64,000 bases of DNA from contig NC_091991.1 in the NCBI RefSeq assembly GCF_044704955.1, positions 152,644,001 to 152,708,000 on the forward strand, written 5' to 3'. Positions 50,648-62,043 of this stretch are shown here, one piece after another. Positions within the stretch are counted from its first letter, which is position 1. Each line of letters begins with the position of its first letter. The notes under the pieces were generated by a model. The model was given only the letters and a program-made list of their open reading frames with translations, made no database searches and had not been told where the DNA came from. The position numbers and the translations under genes are program-made. The DNA is from Pristiophorus japonicus (lineage: Eukaryota).

Positions 50648-53366
50648 TTTGGCGGCGAGATGGGATTTTTCGGATGAATTAAAGCTGAAATTTTGTTGGT
50701 GAATGATTCAGCCAGCCAACAGAGAGACTTTGGGAGCTTTGCTGCCTTTGGAAAAAGCTACAAAATCCGAGGTAAAATACAGCACACTGTGTGAACAGCT
50801 AGAAATTGAAATGGCAGCAGCCACAGTTGTAATGGGACATTTGGGTGAATATAGACACGACCAGGAACGTTTTAAAGCGTATGTGGATCATCTAGAAATG
50901 TATTTCACTGCAAATAACATAGTCGAAGTTCCAGATAATGCAGTCCAGAATCAGGCAATATTGGAATGGAAGTGGAGCTATCTTCTTACCTGCAGCTGGA
51001 CCGGAATTGTATGAAACACTTGTAAATCTGCTTGTGCCTGATGAGCCAAAGGACACAATGCTTAAAGAGATTTTAACAAAGCTGGAGCAGCACTCCAACA
51101 CCAAGCTGTTAGAAATTGCTGAAAGCTATCGTTTCGGGATACGGAATCAAAAGGCTGATGAACGTATCAGTGATTACATTGTAGCATTAAAAAACCTAGC
51201 CACTGTAATTTCGGAAACTTTCAAAACCAAGCATTGCAGGATCATTTTGTTTGTGGGGTGAAAAATGATGCGCTCAGAAGAAAGTTATTGACGATGGATG
51301 ACTTGACTTTTGAGATTGCTTGTCTTGTCAGAGAGCGAGGTCGATGGGCATGGCCGAACAATATTCCCGAGAATTTCATAATAATTACGGTCATCAGTCA
51401 ACAGAAGCAAATCGCCTGCAGATTCAAAGTAAAAGGCGGTGGGGGCCCAAAGTCTCAGAAACTGGAAATTCTACCAGAGCGTCGGAGTCGTGCTATAGGT
51501 GCCTGGGACAACACATTGCTCAAAGTTGTCCCTATGTGAAGGCAGAGTGTTTCTTCTGCAGAAAGTCTGGGCATTTTGCGTTCAAAGCTATGAGTAGAAA
51601 TCCCCAGAGACTACATAACATGGAAGAACAACAACAGGACAAGGAGATGTTAGAATTACAAGTCATCAGGAGCATGAGGTTAACAGACAGCGATTCGGAA
51701 AGTATCAAAATCCACATAGATGTTGTGGGATTCAAGATACCAATGGAAATCGACACGGGTGCATCCGTGTGTGTAGGACCGGAGTCGCTATACCTCGACA
51801 AATTGCTCGATTTCCCATTGGAGAAATCCAAGCTGGAGCTGCGAGGCTACCCGGGAGAGAAAATTCCTGTGGAAGGTCGTATCACTGTACCAGTAAAATA
51901 TAAGGATCAATTTCAGAACTTGCCTCTAATAGTAGTAAAAGGAGACAAGCCTGCCTTAATAGGAAGAAATTGGTTGAGATCACTGAAGCTGGATTGGAGT
52001 GAAATTTTCCGTGTGGAAATGAGATTTGCATCAACGGATGATGTTATTAAGAAGTATCCAAAAGTGTTCTGCGAAACGGGCAATCCGACCCAAGGCTTCA
52101 AGGCGAGTGTCAGGGTACAGAAGGATGCTGGATCGGTTTACTACAAGCCACGTTCCATACCATATGAACTCAAGGAGAAAGTTGAGCAAGAACTCAAAAG
52201 ACGAGAGACTGAGAACATTATTTCTAAGATAGATCGATATAATTGGGCTACACCCATTGTTGTTGTACCTAAGTCCGATGTTAAGGTAAGATTGTGTAGT
52301 GATTATAAAGTTACCGTAAACCAGGTTCTAGAGGTATTGTCCCCAATACATTGCAGAATATAGAAGATTTGTTCACAACACTGACAGGTGGTCAGATTTT
52401 CTCAAAATTGGATGCAATTAGAAATGCACCCACTCCCAGGAATGTCACTGAACTTCGTTCATTCTTGGGTCTTTTGAACTATTATGGGAAGTTCCTACCA
52501 AATTTTGCGGTAGTATTACATCCACTGAATTAACTTTTGAAAAAACAGGTCCATTGGAAGTGTCAAAAGAATGCGATACAGCATTCAAAGAGTGTAAAAG
52601 CAAATTGGTAGAGAGTACCATGTAAGTTCACTATGACGTATCTAAGGAGATTAAGCTAGCATGTGATGCCTCTCCATATGGAGTTGGGGCAGTAATCTCT
52701 CATGTATCACGTAGTGGGGAGGAGAGTCCAATTGCTTTTGCTTCACGCACTCTCAGTGCCAGTGAGAGTAATTATGCGCAACTTGAAAGGGAAGCTTTGG
52801 CATTAATTTTTGGGGTCAAGAAGTTCCACAAATACGTGTATGGTCGTAAGTTTACCATCATTACGGACCATAAGCCTCTAACAGTCAAAGTCCCCAGTTC
52901 TAACATTAGCTGCAGCCCGAATGCAGAGATGGACTTTGATTTTGTCAGCATATACATATGATATTGAATACAGACAATCAGCTGATCACAGTAATACTGA
53001 TGCAATGTCTAGATTGCCTTCCCCATCACAAGTTACACCAGATAGGGAAGAAGTGTTTTATTTTTCATACATTGATGAACTGCCAGTCACAGCCGAAGAG
53101 ATTGGAAGAGCAACCAAACGTGACTCAGTTATGTCAAAGGTGTATGATTATATTGCAAATGGATGGCCAAACCACGTAACAGACAAAGATATTCATCCAT
53201 TCGTAGGAATGAATTATCAGTCGATAAAGATTGCATCACGTGGGGTGCAAGAGTGGTTATACCAAATAAATTTAGGTTCAAATTATTAGGAGACCTCCAT
53301 GACCAGCACCTGGGAATGTGCTTGACCAAGAGTTTTGCACGTAGTTATTTATGGTTGCCAGGTCTT

Positions 53367-54555
53367 ATAAGAACATAAGAACATAAGAATTAGGAACAGG
53401 AGTAGGCCATCTAGCCCCTCGAGCCTGCTCCGCCATTCAACAAGATCATGGCTGATCTGGCCGTGGACTCAGCTCCACTTACCCGCCCGCTCCCCATAAC
53501 CCTTAATTCCCTTATTGGTTAAAAATCTATCTATCTGTGACTTGAATACATTCAATGAGCTAGCCTCAACTGCTTCCTTAGGCAGAGAATTCCACAGATT
53601 CACAACCCTCTGGGAGAAGAAATTCCTTCTCAACTCGGTTTTAAATTGGCTCCCCCGTATTTTGAGGCTGTGCCCCCTAGTTTTAGTCTCCCCGACCAGT
53701 GGAAACAACCTCTCTGCCTCTATCTTGTCTATCCCTTTCATTATTTTAGATGTTTCTATAAGATCACCCCTCATCCTTCTGAACTCCAACGAGTAAAGAC
53801 CCAGTCTACTCAATCTATCATCATAAGGTAACCCCCTCATCTCCGGAATCAGCCTAGTGAATCATCTCTGTACCCCCTCCAAGGCTAGTATATCCTTCCT
53901 TAAGTAAGGTGACCAACACTGCATGCAGTACTCCAGGTGCGGCCTCACCAATACCCTATACAGTTGCAGAAGGACCTCCCTGCTTTTGTACTCCATCCCT
54001 CTCGCAATGAAGGCCAACATTCCATTTGCCTTCCTGATTACCTGTTGCACCTGCAAACTAACTTTTTGGGATTCATGCACAAGGACCCCAAGGTCCCTCT
54101 GCACCGCAGCATGTTGTAATTTCTCCCCATTCAAATAATATTCCCTTTTACTGTTTTTTTTTCCCAAGGTGGATGACCTCACACTTTCCGATATTGTATT
54201 CCATCTGCCAAACCTTAGCCCATTCGCTTAACCTATCTAAATCTCTTTGCAGCCTCTCTGTGTCCTCCACACAACCCGCTTTCCCACTAATCTTTGTGTC
54301 ATCTGCAAATTTTGTTACACTACACTCTGTCCCCTCTTCCAGGTCATCTGTGTATATTGTAAACAGTTGTGGTCCCAGCACCGATCCCTGTGGCACACCA
54401 CTAACCACCGATTTCCAACCCGAAAAGGACCCATTTATCCCAACTCTCTGCTTTCTGTTAGCCAGCCAATTCTCTCCATGCTAATACATTTCCACTGACT
54501 CCGCGTACCTTTATCTTCTGCAGTAACCTTTTGTGTGGCACCTTATCGAATGCCT
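53367..54555 (-). mobile_element. CR1 3' (non-inverted) segment inside the Gypsy-2 integrase region
   Basis: Tail (ataagaac)n at 53367. Begins at ...AG GCA TTC GAT AAG GTG CCA CAC (AFDKVPH). Confidence 0.93.
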
Positions 54556-56710
54556 CAAAAGTAGTAATCTCAGGATTGCTACCAGTGCCACGTGCTAGTC
54601 AGAGTAGGAATCGCAGGATAGCTCAGATGAATACGTGGCTTGAGCAGTGGTGCAGCAGGGAGGGATTCAAATTCCTGGGGCATTGGAACCGGTTCTGGGG
54701 GAGGTGAGACCAGTATAAACCGGACGGTCTGCAGCTAGGCAGGACCGGAACCAATGTCCTAGGGGGAGTGTTTGCTAGTGCTGTTGGGGAGGAGTTAAAC
54801 TAATATGGCAGGGGGATGGGAACCAATGCAGGGAGACAGAGGGAAACAAAAAGGAGACAAAAGCAAAAGGCAGAAAGGAGATGAGTAAAAGTGGAGGGCA
54901 GAGAAACCCAAGGCAAAAAACAAAAAGGGCCACTGAATGTAAAGGGGCTGCAGGAGGGGTCAAAACTAAAAATCATGGTTTAAAAACTAGGATTAAAACA
55001 CTCTACCTAAACGCACGCAGCATTCGAAATAAAGTAAATGAGTTGACGGCACAAATCATTACAAATGGGTATGATTTGGTGGCCATTACAGAAACGTGGT
55101 TGCAGGGGGGCCAAGACTGGGAATTAAACATACAGGGGTATCTGACGATTTGGAAAGATAGACAAGAAGGGAAAGGAGGTGGGGTAGCTCTGTTAATAAA
55201 GGATGATATCAGGGCAGTTGAGAGAGACGATATTGGCTCTAATGAACAAAATGTTGAATCATTGTGGGTGGAGATTAGAGATAGTAAGGGGAAAAAGTCA
55301 CTGGTGGGCGTAGTTTATAGGCCCCCAAATAATAACTTCACGGTGGGGCGGGCAATAATCAAGGGAATAATGGAGGCATGTGAAAAAGGAATGGCAGTAA
55401 TCTTGGGGGATTTTAACCTACATATCGATTGGTCAAATCAAATCGCACGGGGTAGCCTGGAGGAGGAATTCATAGAATGCATACGGGATTGTTTCTTAGA
55501 ACAGTATGTTACAGAACCTACAAGGGAGCAAGCTATCTTAGATCTGGTCCTGTGTAATGAGACAGGAATAATAAACGATCTCCTAGTAAAAGATCCTCTC
55601 GGAATGAGTGATCACAGTATGGTTGAATTTGTAATACAGATTGAGGGTGAGGAAGTAGTATCTCAAACGAGCATACTATGCTTAAACAAAGGGGACTACA
55701 GTGGGATGAGGGCAGAGTTGGCTAAAGTAGACTGGAAACACAGACTAAACGGTGGCACAATTGAGGAACAGTGGAGGACTTTTAAGGAGCTCTTTCACAG
55801 TGCTCAACAAAAATATATTCCAGTGAAAAAGAAGGGTGGTAAGAGAAGGGATAACCAGCCGTGGATAACCAAGGAAATAAAGGAGAGTATCAAATTAAAA
55901 ACCAATGCGTATAAGGTGGCCAAGGTTAGTGGGAAAATAGAAGATTGGGAAAATTTTAAACGACAGTAAAGAATGACAAAGAAAGCAATAAAGAAAGGAA
56001 AGATAGATTACAAAGGTAAGCTTGCGCAAAACTTAAAAATGGATAGTAAAAGCTTTTACAGATATATAAAATGGAAAAGAGTGACTAAAGTAAATGTTGG
56101 TCCCTTAGAAGATGAGAAGGGGGATTTAATAATGGGAAATGTGGAAATGGCTGAGACCTTAAACAATTATTTTGCTTCGGTCTTCACAGTGGAAGACACA
56201 GAAACCATGCCAGAAATTGCTGGTCACAGGAATGTGCGAAGGGAGGACCTTGAGATAATCACTATCACTAGGGGGGTAGTGCTGGACAGGCTAATGGGAC
56301 TCAAGGCAGACAAGTCCCCTGGTCCTGATGAAATGCGTCCCAGGGTATTAAAAGAGATGGCGGAAGTTATAGTAGATACATTCGTTATAATCTACCAAAA
56401 TTCTCTGGACTCTGGGGAGGTACCAGCGGATTGGAAAGCAGCTAATGTAACACCTCTGTTTAAAAAAGGGGGCAGACAAAAGGCAAGTAACTATAGGCCG
56501 GTTAGTTTAACATCTGTAGTGGGGAAAATGCTTGAAACTATCATTAAGGAAGAAATAGCGGGACATCTAGATAGGAATAGTGCAATCAAGCAGACGCAGC
56601 ATGGATTCATGAAGGGGAAATTATGTTAAACTAATTTCTGGAATTCTTTGAGGATATAACGAGCATGGTGGATAGAGGTGTACCGATGGATTTATTTAGA
56701 TTTTCAAAAG
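54553..56710 (+). mobile_element. CR1 5' (inverted) segment: ORF1 C-terminus plus ORF2 APE endonuclease and start of RT
   Basis: DGLQL esterase end, then LYLNARSI, ITETW, VYRPP, GDFN, SDH, KSPGPD. Ends at TAT TTA GAT TTT CAA AAG (YLDFQK). Confidence 0.93.
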
Positions 56711-57966
56711 ATAAATATATAGAGTACATCGTGAGTCAGTGTACGACATGTCAATCGGTAAGCAAGCAACCACCATAAGTACCATTACAGCCATGGAAAT
56801 GTCCTCCCAGGGTGTGGCAAAGGCTACATATTGATTTTGCTGAGTTGGAAGGACAATAATTGTTCATTGTGATTGATAGCCATTTGAAGTGGGTTGAAGT
56901 GTTTCCAATGTGGAAAATAACAAGAAGTAAAACATTAGACATTTTGCAAAGTTTATTTTCTTCATTTGGCCTCCCAGAAGAAATTGTTTCGGATAATGGA
57001 CCACAATTTTGTTTCGAAGAATTTGCACAGTTCTCGAGCAAAAATGGTGTGAAATATACCGAGGTTCCACCATACCACCCTGCCTCGAATGGTGCAGCAG
57101 AGCGCACTGTACAAATTGTAAAACGTGCCCTCATAAAACAAACATTAGGTCCAAATCCAAAGAAACGACAGTTGTCATTGGATCACAAATTTGCCAATTT
57201 TTTGATTCCATATCGTAATACTCCTCCTACAACTACTGGTAGAACACCAGCAGAGTTGTTTCTCAAACGACAGCCACGAACCAGATTCGCATTGTTAAAG
57301 CCAAATTTGGCACAGTCCATAGAAGAGACACAATTAAGACAGAAAGAAAATCATGATAGAGGTAGAGTAAAAGAGAGAAGTGTGAAATTAAACCAGAAGG
57401 TGAGAGTGAAGAACCATCACCATAAATGGTTAAAGTGGTTACTAGGAAGAGTGGTGAAGATATGTGGTCCTCGCACATATTTGGTCAAGATGTTTGATAA
57501 TGGACAGGTTAGGTTTGTTCATATTGATCATATTTTACCGATAGACATGGAAGAAGTTGAAGGTGGGAATGATTCAATTATTTCTGACTCATCAGATAGT
57601 TTTGATATACCAGTAGCATATCTTACATCTAGTGTACTGGAAACAAATCCAAGAGAAAATCAGAATTTAAGTCTGAGTCCGAGTCAGGAAAACAAACAGC
57701 CTGAAGTTAGAGTGCGTTCAAATGAAAATCAAGGAAATTCCTTGGAGGAAAACGTTCCTCAGGATGAGCCTCGAAGGAGTTTAAATTCAACACCATGTTT
57801 GGAAGGTTCTGTTCAAGAGTGAAGGTATCCTCTTCGAAACAGAAAACAAGTGGTTAAGTTAAATTTGTAAATATGGAAAAAATAAGTCTATATCCTGTGT
57901 TATGTATAAACATGCAAGTTATGTATGATGTTTATTATAATAACTTCTTCATTAAGGAGGGAAAAG

Positions 57967-58138
57967 TGTAATGTCTGTAAGCTTGTAATGTTTGTAGCTC
58001 CACACTGTGGATGTGGATGTATTGTGTACTGCAACTACAGAGTTAACAAGTAAACAGACGCAGCAGTTCCGGTGGCTTCCGCGAGCTGCTACCATGTTAG
58101 AAAGCTGTGTGTGTGCTGTGCTCTGTGAATATATCACA
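57967..58138 (+). repeat. 3' LTR of Gypsy-2
   Basis: 172 bp, tgtaatgtctgtaagcttgtaatg...tatcaca. Confidence 0.9.
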
Positions 58139-58582
58139 GTGATAATGACCAACTTATCTGCTTCAGTGATGTTGGTTGAGGGATAAATATTGTCCAGGGC
58201 ACAGGGGAGAACTCTCCTGCTTTTCTTCGAAATAGTGCCATGAGATCTTCTACGTCCACTTCAGAGAGCAGACGGAGCCTTGGTTAATGTCTCATCCGAA
58301 AGACGGCACCTCTGATAGTGCAGCACTCCCCCTGTACTGGCACTTTAGAGTATCATTCCAATACAAGGTGAGGCTCCTCAGAGAAATGTTGGTGATGGCA
58401 GGGTCGGGGATACTACAATGACTTCATTGCCCTTGGGTTAGGGGAAGGAATTGGACCCTGAGCCTCGAGTGTGGCTCTCCGGGGCGGACAGGACTGGGCT
58501 GGACTGTGATGTGGTGAGTGGTCAAAAAGTCTGTTGCCCCGCTCGTTGTCAAAACACATGCATGAATAATAAAGAAAAAAGA

Positions 58583-59000
58583 AAGACTTGCATTTCTTTA
58601 GCACCTTTCACGACGACTCAAAACACATGTCAGCCAATGGAGTGTAGTCACTGTTGTAATGAAAGAAACAGGCAACAAATTTGCACACAACAAGCTCCCA
58701 CAAACAGCAATGTGATAATGACCAGATAATCTGTTTTAGTGATGTTGATTGAGGGATAAGTATTAGCCAGGACACCAGGCAGACCTCCCTCCTCTTCATT
58801 GGAATAGTGCCATGGGATCTTTCACATCCACCTGAGAGAGCAGAGGGAGATTCAGTTTAAAGTCTCATCCAAAAGACGGCACCTCCGACAGTGCAGCACT
58901 TGAGTGTCAGCCTAGATTATGTGCTCACGTCTCTGTAGTGAGACTTGGACACACAACCTTCTGACTCAGAGGCTAGAGTGCTACCCACTGAGCCACGGCT
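58583..59000 (-). mobile_element. DeuSINE, full length
   Basis: Ends with gctacccactgagccacggct, the antisense tRNA head. Confidence 0.88.
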
Positions 59001-59613
59001 AACACTAACATAATGGCCACTTGGGCGCGGTGCTTATAGGCAATTGACGTCCATCGAGCTGCAACCCAGTAAAGGAGTTGATGCCTTCAAGAGGGGAGGG
59101 GACAAGATGGGGGGTGCAGGGGGTGCGCTGGAGTGGTGATAGAAAGAAAGATTCAAGAAGAAGAATCACTACCGAGAATGTCACCTTTTGGAGTGACCAT
59201 CACCGAGTTTGGTTACATTACTCATTCAGAGGTAGTGCCAGTACTGACCAGCGGGATAAGAAGACAAGTATGAATATGGAGGATTTGAGCATGCTGCTTC
59301 ATTTAAAACCCAGAAAGGTTATTGATTGGATGAAGATGATGAAATATAACAAATGAGCTACAGGGTTAGTGCTGAATACAAATTGATTTTTACATTATTC
59401 AAAGAGGAGGAGGAGGAGGACAAGAGGAGAATTCTATTTTACTGTGCATTTAACAAAATTAAAGTAAGTTGCGTGGACAGGTAGGAAAGAGCATTAAACG
59501 TTTGTTTATATTCATTTTCGGGAGGTGGAAGTCACTGGCAAAGCTTACATTTATTGCACATCCCCAGCTGTCCCTTGAGAAGGTGGTAGTAGGCAATGTG
59601 CCCTTAAATTTTT

Positions 59614-59805
59614 TCATCATCATCATAGGCAATCCCTCGGAATCAAGGAGACTTGCTTCCACTCTTAGCATGAGTTCTTAGGTGGCTGAACAATCCAATA
59701 CGAGAATCACAGTCTCTATCACAGGTGGGACAGACAGTGGTCGAAGGGAAGGGTGGACGGGGAGTCTGGTTTGCCGCCGCTCCTTCCGCTGCCTGCGCTT
59801 GATTT
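59614..59805 (-). mobile_element. RTE LINE 3' end
   Basis: CPTCDRDCDSRIGLFSHLRTH and (cat)n tail. Confidence 0.88.
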
Positions 59806-59939
59806 TTTAGGGGGTGCACGGCCCCTTTAAGGGGCTGAGCGGCATATTCCAATTTCCACACATGGGCAATTGCTCCCATTGTGAAGCCGGCAGTTGGCCT
59901 GTACGGGAGCCCGTCCGCTGCAGCTTAAAGGGAACATTG
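59806..59939. mobile_element. hAT MITE fragment
   Basis: Ends gcttaaagggaacattg. Related to 48133-48276. Confidence 0.55.
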
Positions 59940-60430
59940 GCGGTGGGCCTTCTTCTTAACCGTTGCAGTCTGTGTGGTGAATGTGCTCCCACAATGTTGT
60001 TAGGTAGGGAGTTCCAGGATTTTGCCCCAGCAATAATGAAAAAATGGTGATGTGTCCAAGTTGATGGTGTGTGACTTGTCGGGAATGGTGCATCCATGCA
60101 CCTGCTGCTCTTAACCTTCTAGATGGTGGAGGTCACAGGCTTTGGAGTGCCTTCAAAGAAGCCTTGGCGAGTTGTTGCCATGTATCCTGTAGATCCAAAT
60201 TCTGAACCTGAATAGGTCTTAATTAGGTAATGATGGACAAGAGACTGACTTGCAACAAGGTGTCAACAGTCTTCCCTATATATTGTATATTAAAGTTTTG
60301 AGTCAATCACACTTCGGGTGTCATTCTTCAAAATGCCAAAAGTGTAAGAGAAAGTATTAGTTTCTTCTGACCTGGAGTCAAGAATTGACAAGTATTTGCC
60401 AATCTACAAATATCCCTCACTAAGAGCATT

Positions 60431-60590
60431 GGGCTAGATTTTCAACGTGCCACCTGGGCGTACCGTTAGCGGTTCAGGGGCCCATTATAGAAACCGCCCG
60501 ATTTTTATTTTCATTGAAATTTATGGAAAGGAAAATTTGCTGGTTTCTGTAACAGGTATCTGATCTGTAACACCATTTTTACACAACCCC
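60431..60590. mobile_element. Palindromic MITE, degenerate
   Basis: gggctagatttt start and central cccgatttttattttcattgaaatttatggaaaggaaaat, like 542-716. Confidence 0.5.
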
Positions 60591-60611
60591 ATTAGCTCTA
60601 ATTGATCTTGA

Positions 60612-61005
60612 ATGGTAGCATAGTGGTAAGGTTACTGGACCAGTAATCCTGAATAAATGATCTACAGATGTGAGTTCAAATCCCACCACGGCAGCTGGGG
60701 AATTTAAATTCAGTTAATTAAATAAATCTGGAATAATAATTTTTATAAAGCTAATCTCAGTAATGGTGACCATGAAACTACCAGATTGTCGTAAAAACCT
60801 GTCTGTTTCACCAATGTCCTTTAGGGAAGGAAATCTGCCATCCTGACCCAGACTGACCTATATGTGATTCCAGACTCACAGCAATATGGTTGACTCTTAA
60901 TTACCCTCTGAAATGGTGGCTCATCACCACCTCCTTAAGGGCAATTAGGGATGGGCAATAAATGCCGTCTTTGCTGGCGACACCCACATCTCATGAACGA
61001 ATAAT
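60612..61005 (+). mobile_element. Second tRNA-derived SINE family
   Basis: A box tagcatagtgg, B box gagttcaaatccc, LINE-derived tail gggcaattagggatgggcaataaatg. Confidence 0.75.
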
Positions 61006-62043
61006 TTTTTTTAAACTATCACTATATACAGCAATTAGACTTTTTGTCATTAAAGGGGCAAGCCACATTAAAAATAGCCGCACTTTAGAGGCAGAATGAC
61101 ACATTAAATGGTATAATACTTCGGTCGCTACAAAACATCATATCCTCCGACTTACCATAAGACCAACCATGGGAGAACCTCTAGATGTAATTAAAAATAC
61201 TCAATTATTATTTTAGCCAACATTCCCCCCTGAACCATTATCTAAAACAGCTTACCTGACCATTCACCTCATTGTTTTTTTGTAGGACGTTGCTAGCCCA
61301 CAATAGCTGCCACATTTGCCTACGTACTAAGTCATTGCATGCAAAAGTAATTCATTCTGTGAAGCACACTGAAATGCAATGCAAATGTCATTATAAATTA
61401 TATATTTATTTTGCACCATTGTTGAGGCCGTTGCTTTTCTTCTATTTCCGTCACAGGTCTGGGCCAATACTTTGTTGATTGTGAGCTCTGAATTTTCCAG
61501 AAACCTCCATGCCAATGAGTGTGCTTGTCTGTCTTTTCTGTTCGTGCCTTTCAGCTTCCAGGGCCAAATTGCCCTTGACAGACAGTTGGAAGACACCTTT
61601 GTTACATCTCCAAACCAAACAAGTCTGTGCTATAGCAGAATTTGAGAGATTGTTGGCTGAAGACTTCGAGCAACACAGTATCCAATGTCCGTTTGTTCAA
61701 TTGTGATGCCCAGAAAGGTGTCAGTTGTGGCTTTGTTCTGGTACATTTTATTCTCCTGCATCAACACTGCACTGACTTCAAATAAAATATGCCATTGCTC
61801 AGCGCTGTCCTTAAAGAAGAACTAAAGCTATGAGAGTCATGATTAAAATCGATGCCCTAAAATGATATTGGCAGATGTTGAAAATTAAGCTAGATTTACA
61901 AGTTATCATTTTCTTCCTCTGATGAAACTGTAGGAAGGCAAGATAACCCTCAAGACTTCCTTTTAAACATCTGCGATATTTTTTATTCATACTATTTTAT
62001 AGATGATATATCTACGCATTATAAATCAGTAATTGAATTTGTA

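Larger units (their letters stand above)
50493..58138 (+). mobile_element. Ty3/Gypsy LTR retrotransposon 2, decayed
   Basis: LTRs at 50493-50647 and 57967-58138 (TG...CA), TSD GTGAT, PBS ttggcggcgag, PPT aaggagggaaaag. Gag with CYRCLGQH and CFFCRKSGH, protease IDTGAS, RNase H CDASPYGVG, integrase VSDNGPQF / SNGAAER. Confidence 0.95.
50338..58340 (-). mobile_element. DeuSINE split by Gypsy-2 (pieces 50338-50492 and 58139-58340)
   Basis: The consensus aaacagcaatgtgataatgacc is split as ...aatGTGAT | LTR...LTR | GTGATaatgacc. Confidence 0.88.
59500..60190 (-). mobile_element. Old LINE 3' end interrupted by RTE and hAT pieces
   Basis: catttattgcacatcccc...cccttgagaaggtggt and KSWNSLPN. Shares its tail with the SINE at 60612-61005. 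Confidence 0.65.

Noticed and set aside
54881-55969. 362-aa open endonuclease ORF as a domesticated gene
   Set aside because: Ordinary CR1 ORF2 N-terminus ended by a premature stop, within a young insertion.
61457-61706. Acceptor-like tract followed by 60-65-aa frames on the + strand
   Set aside because: No recognisable protein and no supporting partner exons.
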